Shown: positions 51,414-64,000 of the stretch, in pieces | Position numbering within the stretch: the first letter of the stretch is position 1 | Layout: the number at the start of each line of letters is the position of its first letter | DNA from: Klebsormidium nitens | Taxonomy: Eukaryota; Plantae; Klebsormidiophyceae | Assembly: GCA_000708835.1 (NCBI GenBank) | Contig: DF237052.1 | Span: 62,001-126,000 of the forward strand | Length of the DNA: 64,000 nucleotides | Reading direction: 5' to 3' | The notes under the pieces: generated by a model | Seen by the model: the letters and a program-made list of their open reading frames with translations, nothing else | Databases searched by the model: none | Told to the model about the DNA's origin: nothing | Position numbers and translations under genes: made by a program

Positions 51414-54400
51414 TCAAAGCACCTCGACCCTTCTGTCCGTCCGACCAGAAACGAAAGGTCGGTGTGCATGTACCCCCAGAGTGGAGGCGGGAAAGCCGAG
51501 CCGCTTGCAGCGGCTTCCGATGGTTTCCAAGTGTCGCCGGAAAAGGTCAATCATCGCGAGCGCAGCTAGATCGTCCGCAGCGGAACCTGCGGCGAATCCT
51601 GGCGGGTTCAGGGGCTGACGATTGATAGCAATAGCCAAAGAAAAGCTTCTTTCAAGAAGTGAGAACTCTCAAGTGCTTTATTGAAACGCCTAAGTTTGCT
51701 CAAAGTTAGAGCCGGAGAAATAGAAAACTGACGGTGCGAGCCCAGCGTTGGCCTCGCACTTGCTCAAAGGTAGAAGAAGCATTCAATTTAAGGCCGAATT
51801 TGTATTAAAGCAGGTTTCAAATCCCTCTTCACTGGAGGGTGTTCGTGTCGCTGAAAGAATCTTGACAACCACAGCCGGCAACCAACCAACCTCGATGCTT
51901 TTTCAGTGATCAAATGTTGACGGGGAAACATCGAGTGCGCCGGTCCAACCATTTTCGACGATGAAACGTCTCACACGTTTCCGGAACAGCTCGGAAATGG
52001 AGGATGTGCACACGGAGGGATGATCGATACAAAGCCCAGAATCATAGAAGCCCAGATCCGCACACAAGGAGAGAAACGAGAAGGGCAGTAGGAGCCATTG
52101 TTTTGCTGTCTGCTCGTCCAACGTTGCCGGCTCTCAGCAATCGTTCAAACTTCCGTCCTTTCGATGCATTTCGCATGGTTCATGAAAGTCTTGGCAGCCT
52201 AGCTCACGATGCACCGTCAACCACTTCGCGGGCGGCCGCGGCTCCCGCACTGGTGGCTCCACGTCGCCGTACGCGCGCGCGCTCGCTTCCTCGCCCGCAT
52301 ACACACCCGCAGGCGCGGCCGCGGTGGCTGGCGCGTTCGCGCGCGCGCGGTCCAGGAGCCCAACTGGCTCCGAACTCAGGCCCAAGGACGTCGTTCCCTC
52401 CCACAGAAGGCCCCGTTCTTCGTCGAACTCGACCTGCGTACCCTTGTTGTTCAGAGTGCCCACTTGGACCGCGATACTGGACGAGGCCTTCTTTTCTGGG
52501 ATCACCGGCAGACATCCCCCAATCTCCAAACCTGTCGACAAACCGCTTAGATTGTGCCCGGTTTGGGGGCCCCGGCCACAGTTTCTGCACGCGTCTTTAC
52601 TTGCGAACAAGATGTTCCCAAAACCTTCGGTTTCCGTTGTAATACCGGGCGTCGTTCCGTTCCTTTCCCCCTCTTCCGTTTCGGCCCCTGTAAAATCCGT
52701 TCCCCTCGACTCGCTTCCGCCATACTGCGCTCCGTCTTGTTCAACTCTCTCCCTTTCCGCTCTGTCCCACCCACTCCCTTTTGTCACTAGTCGGCCCAGG
52801 TGATTCCTCTCGCCAGCCCATCTTTCCGTTCCGTTAACCCGCGCTTCCGTTCTCTTTTCCCACGGCGGATCGCTTTCAAGCACCCTTTTGACGCTCGGCG
52901 TTCCCTCGTCTTCCTCGTCCACGTCAGCAACTTCGTCAGCAATCTCTTCGAAATCCTCATCGTACTCGGTAACCTTCCGAGCATCTCCCAGGGCCCCAGT
53001 GCGGGACGACCCTTGCGTCCAAGTTCCCTCCGCCTCTAGTTCGCCAGACGTACGTCTCGTCCAATTTTCGTTCATCTCTACTTCGCCGGACGTCGGTTCC
53101 GCTCGAAAAGAAATTTCCTCTGTGGACCCCACGTAAGTTGATTTTGCCGGAAACCGTCTTGAAGCGGACCCTTCCGCTTCTTCCGGGGTATTCTCATACC
53201 CACTCCCGCTTTCCGACTCTTTAGATGGCTCCTCTATGACTCCCTCCAGCGAAGTCGCTTCTACGTCATCCAACTGATCCAACAGATAGGAGGCCAGCAT
53301 GATCCGCTGGCCGCCCGCCGAGAAACTCAAGACCGGTCCTCTCTCCGCTGATTGAGATCGATTTACCGCAGCTCTAGTTTCGACCTTGTTTCCGACTGAT
53401 CCCGTTTGAAAAGTGGCTGGTTCTGAAGCACGGGACAGTGGCCCCTTGCTCGTATGCCCATCCGCCGAATGTTCCTCAAAATCTGAAAGCTCATCTGCGC
53501 TTTTGCTCTCCCAAGAATGATTCAATTCTCGCCTCAGGCTTCCCTCACTCGATTGTTTCCCAGCATTCCCCCACTGTCGTGACCCCGTTGCCCCGCTTTC
53601 CCCCCCTCCGTTGGTAGACACAAAGTGCCCCCCTGAAACAAATCTCGTGCTCCGACCTTCGTTCACCCCCGTCTTTTCAACCGTCTTTTCTTCCCCCCCC
53701 TCGCCCAATTGGCTCTCCTGGTCGCTGTCCGCCATTTTGACGTAATGCTGACGAGGCGTCACCTCTCGGTCGCTCTCGCCTTCGTCAGCGAACAGGCGCA
53801 AGGGTGACACGTGTCGCAACCCCGTGCCGCCAGATGGCCCTTGCAGCAATGGACGCCCGCCGTCTGACGGCTTCCAGTCGCCTGGGCCAGAACCACTTTC
53901 CATGCGCTCTTTGGAGGGCTCCGAGAGGCTGACGTCAGTCTCGCCTGTACCGCCGTAAGACGCGCTGGTGCTGACGTCAGCCGCCTCAAGCTCCAAGCTG
54001 TCCGCGAGCATGATCCGCTCCTTCGAAGACTTCAACTCGACGTCTGGCCCGCTGCTCCTTTTCACCCCCTTGAAAACTGGAGCAGAAACGTCCCCTCGTT
54101 TTTGCCGAGGCGGTGTTGCGGAGTCCCTTGAATTCCACATTGCTGACGACTCTTTCCGCATGTCTCCAGTTGGACTGACGTCCGACTCACCCGCTTTCTT
54201 TCTTCGGTCTCGGACCCACGCTGTTTCCGCTCCTCCAATTGCCTTTTCTCGAGTGGCCCCATTCCAATTATCCGTTGCTCCAAGCATCTCCTTTCCACCT
54301 TCTTGCTCTTCCCTTCCAAAATTCAAAAACTTCCTCGGAGATTTCCTCTCCCCAAAAAGATCCCCCCCACTTCTTTCAGACTGCCTCGATTGGCTGGACC

Positions 54401-55607
54401 GCCCTTCATAGACCTCTGGAGACCCTCCCACGTTTCCAAAGTCCAGCTTTCGCCGGGCCTCGTTCAGTTCCTCCTCGCTCGACGGTTCTCTCAACCCCAC
54501 GTTCTGCATGTCGACGTCGCTCGCCACAGGGCCTCCCGCAAAGTCGTCACCGCTGACGTCACCCAGCTCGTCCGCCATCATGATCTTCAGCCCGAGCCTC
54601 GACCCGGCAGCTTGGATGCTGTCCCTCATGACGTCACTCCCCCCAGCTCCACGATCAGCGACTCTTGTCGACGCTTCCTTTGCCGCTGCTCTCTCCGCAA
54701 ACTCCGCTAGGGGGTCCCTCCTGCCGTGCGAATCACCCCCCAAACCGTTCTTTTTTGCGTCAAGCGTCCTAACGGGTCGGCCCCGCTTTCTCGCACTGTT
54801 CATCGGTTCCTCCGGAGGTTTGGGCGCAAACCCAGATGCTGACCCATACCTGTGATTCGCTTTCGAGCTTTCGGTGGGGGAGTCGGTGCCGGCATGCGAC
54901 ACCCCCGAAAGTGTAGACATCGGCGAAGAACCGTTTCCGTCTTCATAAGCCAAGTCCTTCAACCGTGGACTGGAAGCGGGATCAAATCCTCTCCTGACAT
55001 CTTCCAAGTTGCGGCCCCGCTTTGTCTGGGGTCTCCTCTGGGTTGGTCGTTGCGCATAAAGCTGAGGCCAAATAGGTTCTGCTGCAAGGGGGTTTGCAGG
55101 GGCAGTGGCATCGTCATGGTGGCGGAAGGTAGACCTTGTCGTCTTATCAGAAGGGCCAGGAATCTTGTACCTGACAAGAAGATTGGGAAGAACAGGTTTA
55201 AATGCGATCAAATTTGTGCACGTACCGAGTAGAAGGATGGAATGCACATATTAATTGGAAGGATGGAGAGCTTGTCTGCCGTGCGTCGAATTTAATCGAA
55301 AGGCTGCATCGGTTGACACGTAAGTGGAAATACAAATTGGACCCAAGGTCCAGATGTTAAGCTAAACGTGAAGCCACTTGATAACTGGAAAAGGACGGGT
55401 AAGAAGACTTTTGGACTGCAGGACATGAAATGCTTAAAGCGCAAGAACATTGTAAACACGGATATTCTCTTTGAGCTTCTCAGAAACCAACCTGGAGAGG
55501 AGGGTCTGCGCTCGCTTGGCCGCCTGGGCGCTCCGGTACGCACTGCTTGAATATGCTTCCGCTCGCGCGTCGTCGGCACCGTGACCTGGGACCCAGCTCC
55601 GGTTCAT
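51414..55607 (-). CDS. Uncharacterised large Ser/Gly/Glu-rich, probably disordered protein; tentative 3-exon model, about 1,090 aa
   Basis: Exon 1 is 55607-55492 (phase-2 donor AG|gttggt), exon 2 is 55170-52215 (2956 nt of uninterrupted ORF), and tentative exon 3 is 51614-51414 (PLNPPGF...ALAMIDLFRRHLETIGSRCKRL). Phases are consistent. Alternatively exon 2 reads to TGA at 52134. No domain recognised with confidence. Confidence 0.7.
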
Positions 55608-56496
55608 CCTTTCCACGTCCTTTCCGTCCCGTCCTATCTTTAGGTGGACATTGTATGCGGTGTTCAGTGGCTACCTCTCACAGTATGTACTTCTCTCATC
55701 GTTCTAAAGCAGGGCTCAAATGTTGGAGCTCACTGAATCTTCAAGATCCGTGAGCTCACTCGGTCAGAATATGGTGACAACATATAAAACACTGCCAGAG
55801 TGTGCAATGTGGGGGACTCCGCTCAGCTGGCATTGATATTGGACGGCCTTCAATTTGGGACAACTAGCGCCAAGATGACAACGCTCGATCTCAGTCACAG
55901 GCAGTACCTGCATGCGCCAACATTCGCGGACTCTGCCTGCCGGGCAATGAGTGGTTGGAGACAAAGAGACTAGGAGCTCGAAGCCAGCATAGGTGTAGAT
56001 GTCTAGTTTGTTCTGCAATGTGCAGGAATGCGGATACTGGTTTGTTTAGCTCAGGCTTAGTTAAGTCAGTGCCGGTGCGTGGCCAGTGCTCCGCTCGTCT
56101 ATGCTGCTGAGCACTTTAGCTAGCGCATTGAGCTGTTCGCGATGCAAGAACCCGGAGATACTCCTGACCGAGTTAAGTAGGGAAGAGCGAATTAGAGCTT
56201 TCAGAATTCAGACTGAGATAGTATGGTCGGCCGAGCAGGAAACCGTCGAATCCGGAAATGCACGTCGGCGTTTTTGATATGCAAGCGGTGCGGCCGCGCG
56301 GCGCCGGCCGCGGTTGCCTTATGCTGGCCCTCATGGAGCGCGCTTTGCGCGCTAGATCTCCCAGTTGCAAAATTTGCATGCAGATGCTGAGTCAGCTATG
56401 AATCTTGGCATTGGACGATGATAGACGCTCTGTTCTGCATTCAACGTTGAGGAATTGCAAGCCTGCAGCACCGAGAGTGCGGTGATCAAGAAGCTG
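55608..56496. promoter_or_regulatory. Divergent promoter region with a CG-rich palindromic core at about 56285-56320
   Basis: Head-to-head ATGs at 55607 and 56497; contains gcggtgcggccgcgcggcgccggccgcgg. Confidence 0.45.
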
Positions 56497-59400
56497 ATGG
56501 GGGATGTGCGCACCCTCGAGGAAGCGGACGAGGTGTGGAGTTGGGGCGCGGGGACAAGCGGGCAGCTAGGGAACGGAAAGTTGGATGATGAGCTGCTTCC
56601 AAAACGTGCACAACAACTAGATGAGGAGCAATTGAAGCAGATTGCGTGTGGTGGCAGCCATGCGGTGGGGGTCACTGGTGAGTGTGTTGATCGTTGATGG
56701 TCTCTGCGATAGCAAGTGCGGCCACAGACTTCTCATGGAATCAATGTAAGCTTGTTTGTCTTGTAAACCTTACCTCTGCATCTATGATCAGATGACCCTA
56801 CCAGCTGTTGCCAGTACACCGCACTGACGCTACAACCTCCTATTGTGTCTGCTAACCAAAGAAACTTGTTGATTGCAAAGGTTGGGGGCTAGTCGAGAAT
56901 GCCAACCATCTAGCTGGTTTCAGCAGGTTATTCAGCAAGTTCATCTGGATCTTTTTCAACCTTGACCTTACTCTGATGGTGGCATATTAGTTGTTCCAAG
57001 TTTATGTGCACAACGTCTAGTGCCGTGGTGCGTGGTTTTGGGCTTTCTAAGGGGATTCAAAGTGACACTGCTTTCAGTGAAGTTGGGGCGAACGTGTGAC
57101 TTGGCAAGTATACCTTGAGGAGCTTTAGGTCCTTAATGAGACACAGTTCGAATGATCTTTCCATCCCACATATTCTGCGATGTCTTTGACAATCACAACC
57201 GTCGGTGTCTTTTCAAAGGGTCTACTCTTGAAATGCCTTTCCCCCCTCCCACTCTAAACCAACCTTTTGATCCCAAAATTCCACCTTTCTGCCAAAGTTT
57301 CAGAATTGGCACACGTAGTGGTGGCCTCGTTGAATGGCCAGCAACAACTCTAGTTTGAACTTTTGCCCAAATCCCCGTCTGCACAGATGATGGTAGGGTT
57401 TTCACATGGGGCTCAAACCCAGCAGAGGGGCCCAACACCTTCATCCCCGCAGCCCTTCCGCAACCTCTAGAAGCCCTCTCCGGTATCAAGATTGTCAAGG
57501 TTGCAGCAGGATGGGCTCACACTGCTTTGATAACAGGTGCGTAAGGTTACCCACTGAATGGATTGGTTGATGTGTAAGCATGAGAGGCCTTTGACATCAC
57601 GTCAAGGTGGCCATTGAAAGATGTTTTTTGGGCCTGACGCTGTTGTAGAGCGTTTCGCTCAACCATGTTGCTGGCGCTGCAAACCAAACTCGGTTCCAAA
57701 GTAGATTCTGAGTATTTCACTAGAGTTGACAGAATTTTCATTTCTCATGCGCGTCTGATCCAAACAAAGGCAAAATCTTAGCCAATAAATGAGAAACAGA
57801 GCTAGGGCAACGGTTTAGTGTTTCCAGGATCTGCAACAGGCTACGTTTCTGCCTCTTGTTCTGGTCTGTTGCACTCTCCAGGTAGAAATTGACGAAGGCT
57901 GCTCAGAGTCTCTCCTGGTTGGCTATAAAGGAGAAGAGAGTTATACACGTCGTAGAGAGGACAATCCGTGGCATAAGTATAATATCTTCAATCCCTACAA
58001 TAGCCAAGTCAAAAGGATTCTGAGATCCTCTATTGACCCAGCCTAAACCTTAAAAACAAAACCAGTCTCCTGCGGTCCTTCTTTTCTCAGAGATTGAGCT
58101 TCCTATACTTTAGTCGAGACCATAAACCAAACCTTAAGTACCGTCGTTGTTTTTCTCCTGCCCGATGCAGATGATGGCAAGGTGCTAACATATGGCGAAG
58201 GCCAGTACGGCCAACTAGGCTTGGGAACAAGAAGCTCCGTTGTGGCGCCTTCTGTGGTCGAGGCATTGGCGAGTGTTCGAGCGGTGGATGTCGCCTGTGG
58301 CCTGAGGCACACGCTAGTACTCGTTGAAGGTGAGCAGTGACAGAGTACTTTCTCCGTTATCCAAAATGTTGGAGGAAGGGTCTCCTGGTTTGTATATTAG
58401 TGCGTTTCCTGATCATCAACAGCTTACTCAAATTGCGCTAGCACGTTTTCTGACCGTGCTGACTTGAAACGCATTTGCACGCGAACAAGTGTTCTAACCA
58501 CGAGGTCTGAAGAAGCTCAGCTGTTATGCCCAGCTCCCTCAATCTGGTCTCACAAAATGATTGATTGAAACCACGAGTGTCTCGAAATTTCTGTTCTGAA
58601 TCCTGTGGCTACTTCTAGAGAGCTTCTGGAGTCCTGTATCTGTTTTCGATCTGTCTTCACACTTTGCTTGCTTGTGTGCCAAGAAACTTGATCCAGCATC
58701 CGCGCTAATCGCTTGTGCTTGCCACAACCTCAAGAAGAACTGGAGCTGAACTAGCTACACAAAGCAGAACTAATCTCCGAAGCAAAACCCGACTTGTCAA
58801 TTGTCAGACCAAAATGTAGCAGTCACTTAGAGGCTGTGCTTCCTCGATTAGGTCTGAGTATGTACACCGCTTGGAGTTCGTCCACCCCTCCACCTTTGAG
58901 CGAAGAAATGGAAATTTCGTCCTTTATCCGCGTTATGCGACACGTCTACCCCTCTTTCTGAAGTAAACTGACGCTAACAATGAAGAAGTTTGTCACCTTC
59001 CACAGATGCAAGCGGGACCTTCTGCGGTTGCACATTCGGAGCCGGGAAGCGCGGCCAGCTCGGCGTTTACCCCCCTGATCTAGTTTTCTCGGACAAGCTG
59101 CCGCTAAGAGCTAAGATTAAAAAGGGTTCTCAATTTTCAGATGCAAGCGGGACCTCCTGCGTCCGCGCATTTGGAGCTGGGAAGCGCGGCCAGCTCGGCG
59201 TTTCCTCCCCCACTCTAGTTGCAACGAGGCCGGTAACGGTCGACGGCCTCAACGGGGTGCAAGTGCGTGCGGTATCGGCGGCAGGAGACCACAGCGCTGC
59301 ACTGACGGGTATGTGGCATCGAAATACTCTTTTTGATTGATGTTTCGTTCAACGAAACACTGCAAACACGGAAACGGCAGCTGGTGATTCAGAGACGTCA

Positions 59401-61795
59401 CAACAGGATGCAGCAGAACGGACCGCACTTATCTTTCTGATGTGTCTTTTTGTTTTACCGACTCGTTACCTTACTTAACTTCAAGCGTCCAAAGGGTTGA
59501 CACTTTGGGGCGTGTGCTTATCCGCTTCTGGCCCTTTCTGGACGGAAGTGTGGCCAAGGGCGCTCTGACGCGTCTGTCGTGTCTGGAGGATCTCGCGTGT
59601 CCAAATTTCAGACCACTAGAACCGATCTCAGAAGACGCCAATACAAAATAGGTGGACTTACGTTCGGACTTCGACTCATGCAGTGAACGGCGACCTCATG
59701 GCGTGGGGTCGCGGCTACCTGGACGCCCCAGACATGCACGTGCCCATCCGCATTGGACGAGGCAAGAAGTGGAGCCACATGGCACTCGGGTGGAGCCATG
59801 GCCTCGCTTTGGCAGGTGAGGAGTAATTCTTGAGGTGCAAATGGGTTTTTGAAGATGCCTCTTATCGTGTTTTTGATACGGTGGTGGATGTTGCTCATAA
59901 TCAGATCTGCACTGCTATAGTGCGATGAATGGGGCAGGAGATAATGGGCAATCTTGAGAAGCTCATGTCCGTTAGAATCAGTCGTCCGACATTTTTTTCG
60001 TGCACTTTTAACGGTCTTTTAGAAGCGGCAAGCGGCTGCGATACGGATCGTGAGGACATCACCTCTTGCACGGCGTCCCCTTCTGTTCAACTTTTGTGAT
60101 TTTTATGACTATTTGCCCCTCTGTACCCTGTCGTTATGCTGCTCCTGCGGCGTCCTCAGATCAGCGCTCTCTTTCAAACACCATCTTTCTTGCTGTCGGC
60201 TACTCGAAAGACGGGAGCCGTCTTGGTGATTGCACGATACTCTTCTTGTTTGTCTGACGCAATCCATTGTTGGTGGATCGAACCCGCTTGCACTGGACTC
60301 GTAATTAAGCGCATCGCCTGCTTGCATTATGACTGCAACCTCAAGCGAGTAATCAACCGGCCACAAAGTTGAAACCGTATCTTGCACCTAATCGCAGACG
60401 AGGGTGGCCTCTGGGCTTGGGGAAGCAACCGGTATGGTCAACTGGGCACCGGAGCTTCTGCCCCGGGAACTCTCCCCAGTCCGAGCGCCCAGCTAGGAGT
60501 GCCCGGGGATCCATCCCCCGGGCTTAACAATAACCACAAAGTTGAGCGGGAGGTGAAAGGCGCGGAGTTGAAACAGATTCCGTTCTTCGTTGGGCGGAAA
60601 GTGACCGGAATCGCCGCTGGTGCGGAGCACTCGGCAGCGGTGACTGGTGAGTAGCAAGCGGTTGAGCGCCCTCTTTAAGGAATGATTCCTTTGGCTAATG
60701 CAGCTTTTCGGTGTCGACTTTCGGCTGATGCGGCGCAAGTCTGTTGGGAAGGCATTGGCTCCGCATCCGACGGTCGGACCGGAGCCAAATCAAGTTGCAA
60801 GCATGTCGTTCCATTCTCGGTTGAAACCGCACAAGCGTTTGGAGGTCTGCTTTTCAAGCACGTGGTGATTATGTAGTGGTAGCTCCCCCAACTGGCTGTC
60901 GAACCGGTTTCAAACCCTAAACAAGCATCCGTCAATAGCGCTCAACTAATCTGGTTTGCCCCTTACTGAAGGACTTCCAACCCGTCTCATCCAGTTGTTA
61001 AGGTTCTCTAGCCTTGTTCATTAGAATCTCACTATGTCTCAACAACTTATCGGCTCCTTTCCCTTTGCCGAGATTCAGGACCTTGTTTTGTTTATGGGCG
61101 CAGATTCCGGGGAGGTATTCACATGGGGCTGGGCCGAGCACGGACAGTTGGGCTTGGGAGATACACAAGACCGAGACACGCCCCAGCTTCTGGCGGTGGG
61201 ATTAAGCCCCAGCCAGACCAGGACGAGCGCCCAAGTGTACTGTGGGAGCGGATTCACATTTGTGGTGCTTCGACACAGGTGGGCGGTCAAACCGATGACT
61301 TCAAGAAGGGGTAAATGCTTTTCGTGTGCTTTGAAGAGGTGAAGGCGATGGTGTTAGGTCGATCTGGATTCTGGACGAACTAATGATTATCTGATCGATT
61401 GTTCCTCTCGAAAGGTATTCTTTCTAGACCTTTGCACAACGGCAAGGGCTGAGACTCCTTGCAAATGATGAAGGTTCGCAGTACCTGCAGCGAGTGCTCT
61501 TGTGAGATACGTCCTTATTTCCTGGTTAAGCATGGCCGCGTCACGGACGTGTATTAATAGGAGAAATAGAGTTGAAGCGTCTGTAGAAAGAATTGCTCGA
61601 CGAAACGGCCTAGCTTCTTGAACGCCACAAAGCAAAGTGGAGTCCGGCCGCTAGGTCCTTTTCGCAAAGCTTTGCGGCATTGCTGACGTCAGCGACCCCG
61701 CTTCGTTCGGGGTGACTTCCGTGCTGACCTAAGCGCCGTCTCTTTACAGGCAGGAAAGCGAAGAGGCCGCTGACGTCGCAGTCAGGACCGGCTGA
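56497..61795 (+). CDS. RCC1-repeat (7-blade beta-propeller) protein, RCC1/UVR8-like superfamily; 8 exons, about 419 aa
   Basis: Exons 56497-56677, 57387-57536, 58171-58329, 59141-59308, 59684-59815, 60398-60646, 61104-61278 and 61750-61795 (1260 nt, in frame). Repeated W.WG.(N/G)..GQLG and IACGxxH motifs. The first six introns are all phase 1, roughly one blade per exon. The last exon is the least certain. Confidence 0.9.
59001..59140 (+). repeat. Intronic copy of the RCC1 exon 4 start, in frame and open into the real exon
   Basis: cacag|DASGTFCGCTFGAGKRGQLGVYPPDLV at 59006 against ttcag|DASGTSCVRAFGAGKRGQLGVSSPTLV at 59141. The offset is 135 nt with no stop in between. Confidence 0.93.
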
Positions 61796-64000
61796 CGTGG
61801 TTGACGGAGTTCCCGGATGATGCTGAAGAGCTGGAAATGAAAGGTAAGTAAGCGATCGCCCCTGTCTGCAAGCTTCGAGACCCCAATTGGGTGGTCCGCA
61901 GGGCTCTAACTAGTCCTAGACATTGAGAAAAGCGTAGATTAAGTTCACGACCAATTGGCACCTCCAGGAACCGGAGTGTGCAGATAGTCAATGCTATGCT
62001 CCTTCAAAGAAAATCAATGCAGTCTGGACTGTACCTCCAATGCTTGATCAGAAGGACTGATATCGCACAGTGCGTCACACCTGGCCGTTTGACCATCTTT
62101 CTGCTTGGTTATCTCAGGATCTGAGCCCTTCATGAGCCATCGGACGGTTCAGGACTTGTGGATCGGCATCGTTGGTCTTGGTCGAAGCGGCGAGATCTGG
62201 TAAAAAGGGCGACAAGGTGCGGCCTGAGCTGTGAGGAACTTTGCTGATCCCGGCGACGAAAACAGCGAGGTAAGATTTGCAGAGTTTAGCCTCTTTTGAC
62301 TTCTCATCTTGGACAAAAGGCTACTACTACTTGGGTTTGCGTTAGACCTGATACTGGTTGAAAGGTTGGTTCTGCACTAAAACACGTCATCGAACCGTCA
62401 ATCTTGTCAAGAAGCAAGTCTGGGCAATACCATAGTGTCGAGCGGTAGCCGATAAACGCAAACCCCAAGCAAACCAAGCAAACCATCAAAGGTCGAGACT
62501 TCAGCTTTGCATTGACGTCCACAAGCGCAGGGGTGCCTTTTTGCCTCCAATTCTGAGTCCCCCTTTATTGTCAATGTCAGGCTTGCACAACCACATCCTT
62601 CTCGTAGGGCGAAATCTGCGGTCTTGATTTTTGATGTAAAGCAAATGCAAGGAAGAGCGACAACGCAAAAGGAAGCAAGGGAAAGCAAGTGTTGAAGTTT
62701 TCGTTAGAGGTTCCAAGGTTTTGAAGTAGGACCGGGTTTTAAGAGACATATATTTAGGGCCTTGTACATAATAACCCGAAGGTCCACGCTTGCTGAGAGC
62801 CTGCGCTTCTGGAGATGGTCCAAAAATACTCCGTTGGATACCCCCACTGAGCTACAACACGGACTTCAGCTGAGGTTGGACGGCCGACTCGCATAAACCT
62901 GCGCTTGAAGGTGGCTGTGAAGTACGATGTGTTAGTTGTGTGCCATGTCAATGCATGAGTCATGCAATATCGCCTCCCTCATGTGCAACTTGCTGAATCA
63001 ATCACACTGAGCTCTTCAGCGGCTGAAACAACTAGATCTTCCAAATACTCTCATAGCCATATCTGGTGTGTGGTACGTCATCTTAGACTTAGCCTATGTA
63101 TATCTTAGTCGGCACCTGGGCGGTTTCTAATCTCTAGGCCCTTCTTGAGTACTGAAATAATACGTACGTGATGATCCAGATTGATCTTTGCAGCTTTGTC
63201 TCGTATCATCGTCCAATGTTGAAGCCAGACAGCTACCAAAATGGCGAGTCCCGTTGGTCGAGTGGTACAGTGCTCGACCTTCTCGCGGTGACATCACCGT
63301 GATGACTGTAACGTTGCCCACGCGTACATATCTACAAAAGGACAAGCTAGCGTTTGATCCTTGTTCTCGTCAACACGATCGCCTTCGTGCCGTTTGCATG
63401 GTGGGTGAGCAGGGGGAGGACCATCAACTTGGTCTAAGTTTGCAAAGAGCGGACCCGGTGAGGACCCGGTGTCTCCAGCTGACGAGCCCAGTGTGCTCAG
63501 ACGGTTCCCAAGTTTAGACAGCTCTACCAAATTGTCAAAATGGCAGGCTTGGCATGATCCTCCCATATGTGAACACCATGCTTCATCCTCAAACACCGTC
63601 CACGAATCCGGTCAGGTCATTCATGACGGTTTTGCACGGTTGTAACTTAAGACCAACCAAGGTCCCGCATGGCAATGCCAACATGACCGACCCTAGGCAT
63701 TGCAGGCTGTCTAATACTAACTTGGGACTAACGTACGTACCGTGTGTCTCACTATATTGCAGTCACTCATCATTGCTGGGCTAGTTGACCAAACATGCAA
63801 ATGAGCGGGGTTGAAAAGGTACGCGTTTAGTCATTTAGTAGTAGCCCCCTAGTAGCGGGTATATCGAGCTCTTGCTACGTCGTCGGAAAGCTGTCATGCG
63901 GGCTACTTAGTACTAGCCCTACAATGGCAATATCAATATACAAAGCGATTTGTTGGCCAAGCCAACTCAATGTCAAGTAGTGAGTGCCACAGCACCTCAA

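Noticed and set aside
52134-52230. PLATZ/B-box-like WL...FHEPCEMH...NDC at the end of the 1037-aa ORF
   Set aside because: It is followed immediately by a stop, the remaining Cys/His ligands and the IRR..Y motif do not align, and the segment lies past a phase-compatible donor at 52214.
52004-54855. Plus-strand ORFs of 100-212 aa
   Set aside because: Antisense shadows of the GC-rich 3-kb exon.
61681-61730. Imperfect hairpin (gtcagc-gaccccg...cggggt...gctgac) before the last RCC1 acceptor
   Set aside because: The stem is short and interrupted, and it has no tRNA, snoRNA or other ncRNA hallmarks.
62754-63596. ORFs of 69-109 aa at the right end
   Set aside because: No recognisable domain and no supported splice model within the window.

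Overview
This is eukaryotic, intron-rich genomic DNA of roughly balanced GC content, with one 522-N assembly gap (5589-6110). The gene set is streptophyte-like and the introns are 0.2-1.5 kb, which suggests a charophyte green alga such as Klebsormidium; this is inference and no database search was run. I built seven spliced gene models by hand, checking reading-frame phase at each junction: a JMJD7-type JmjC hydroxylase (-), an AHP-type histidine-phosphotransfer protein apparently missing its phospho-His exon (+), an At1g72640-like NAD(P)-binding Rossmann protein (-), an ABC1K7-type plastid atypical kinase (+), an MS1/MMD1-family PHD-finger protein (+), a roughly 1,090-aa low-complexity orphan (-) and a 7-blade RCC1-repeat protein (+). 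The first 11 kb contains no recognisable intact gene. The most striking feature is 'exon-edge echoes'. Introns of three unrelated genes carry degenerate tandem copies of their own exon/intron junctions, at least 17 in total, with a fixed polarity: acceptor copies lie upstream of the exon and donor copies downstream. Several copies differ from the live exon mostly at synonymous positions. Other signals are at least 19 copies of the palindrome TGACGTCA (about 1 expected), palindrome-dense blocks in 3' intergenic DNA, and a candidate algal pseudo-HPt. I recognised no rRNA, tRNA, CRISPR array or intact transposon.
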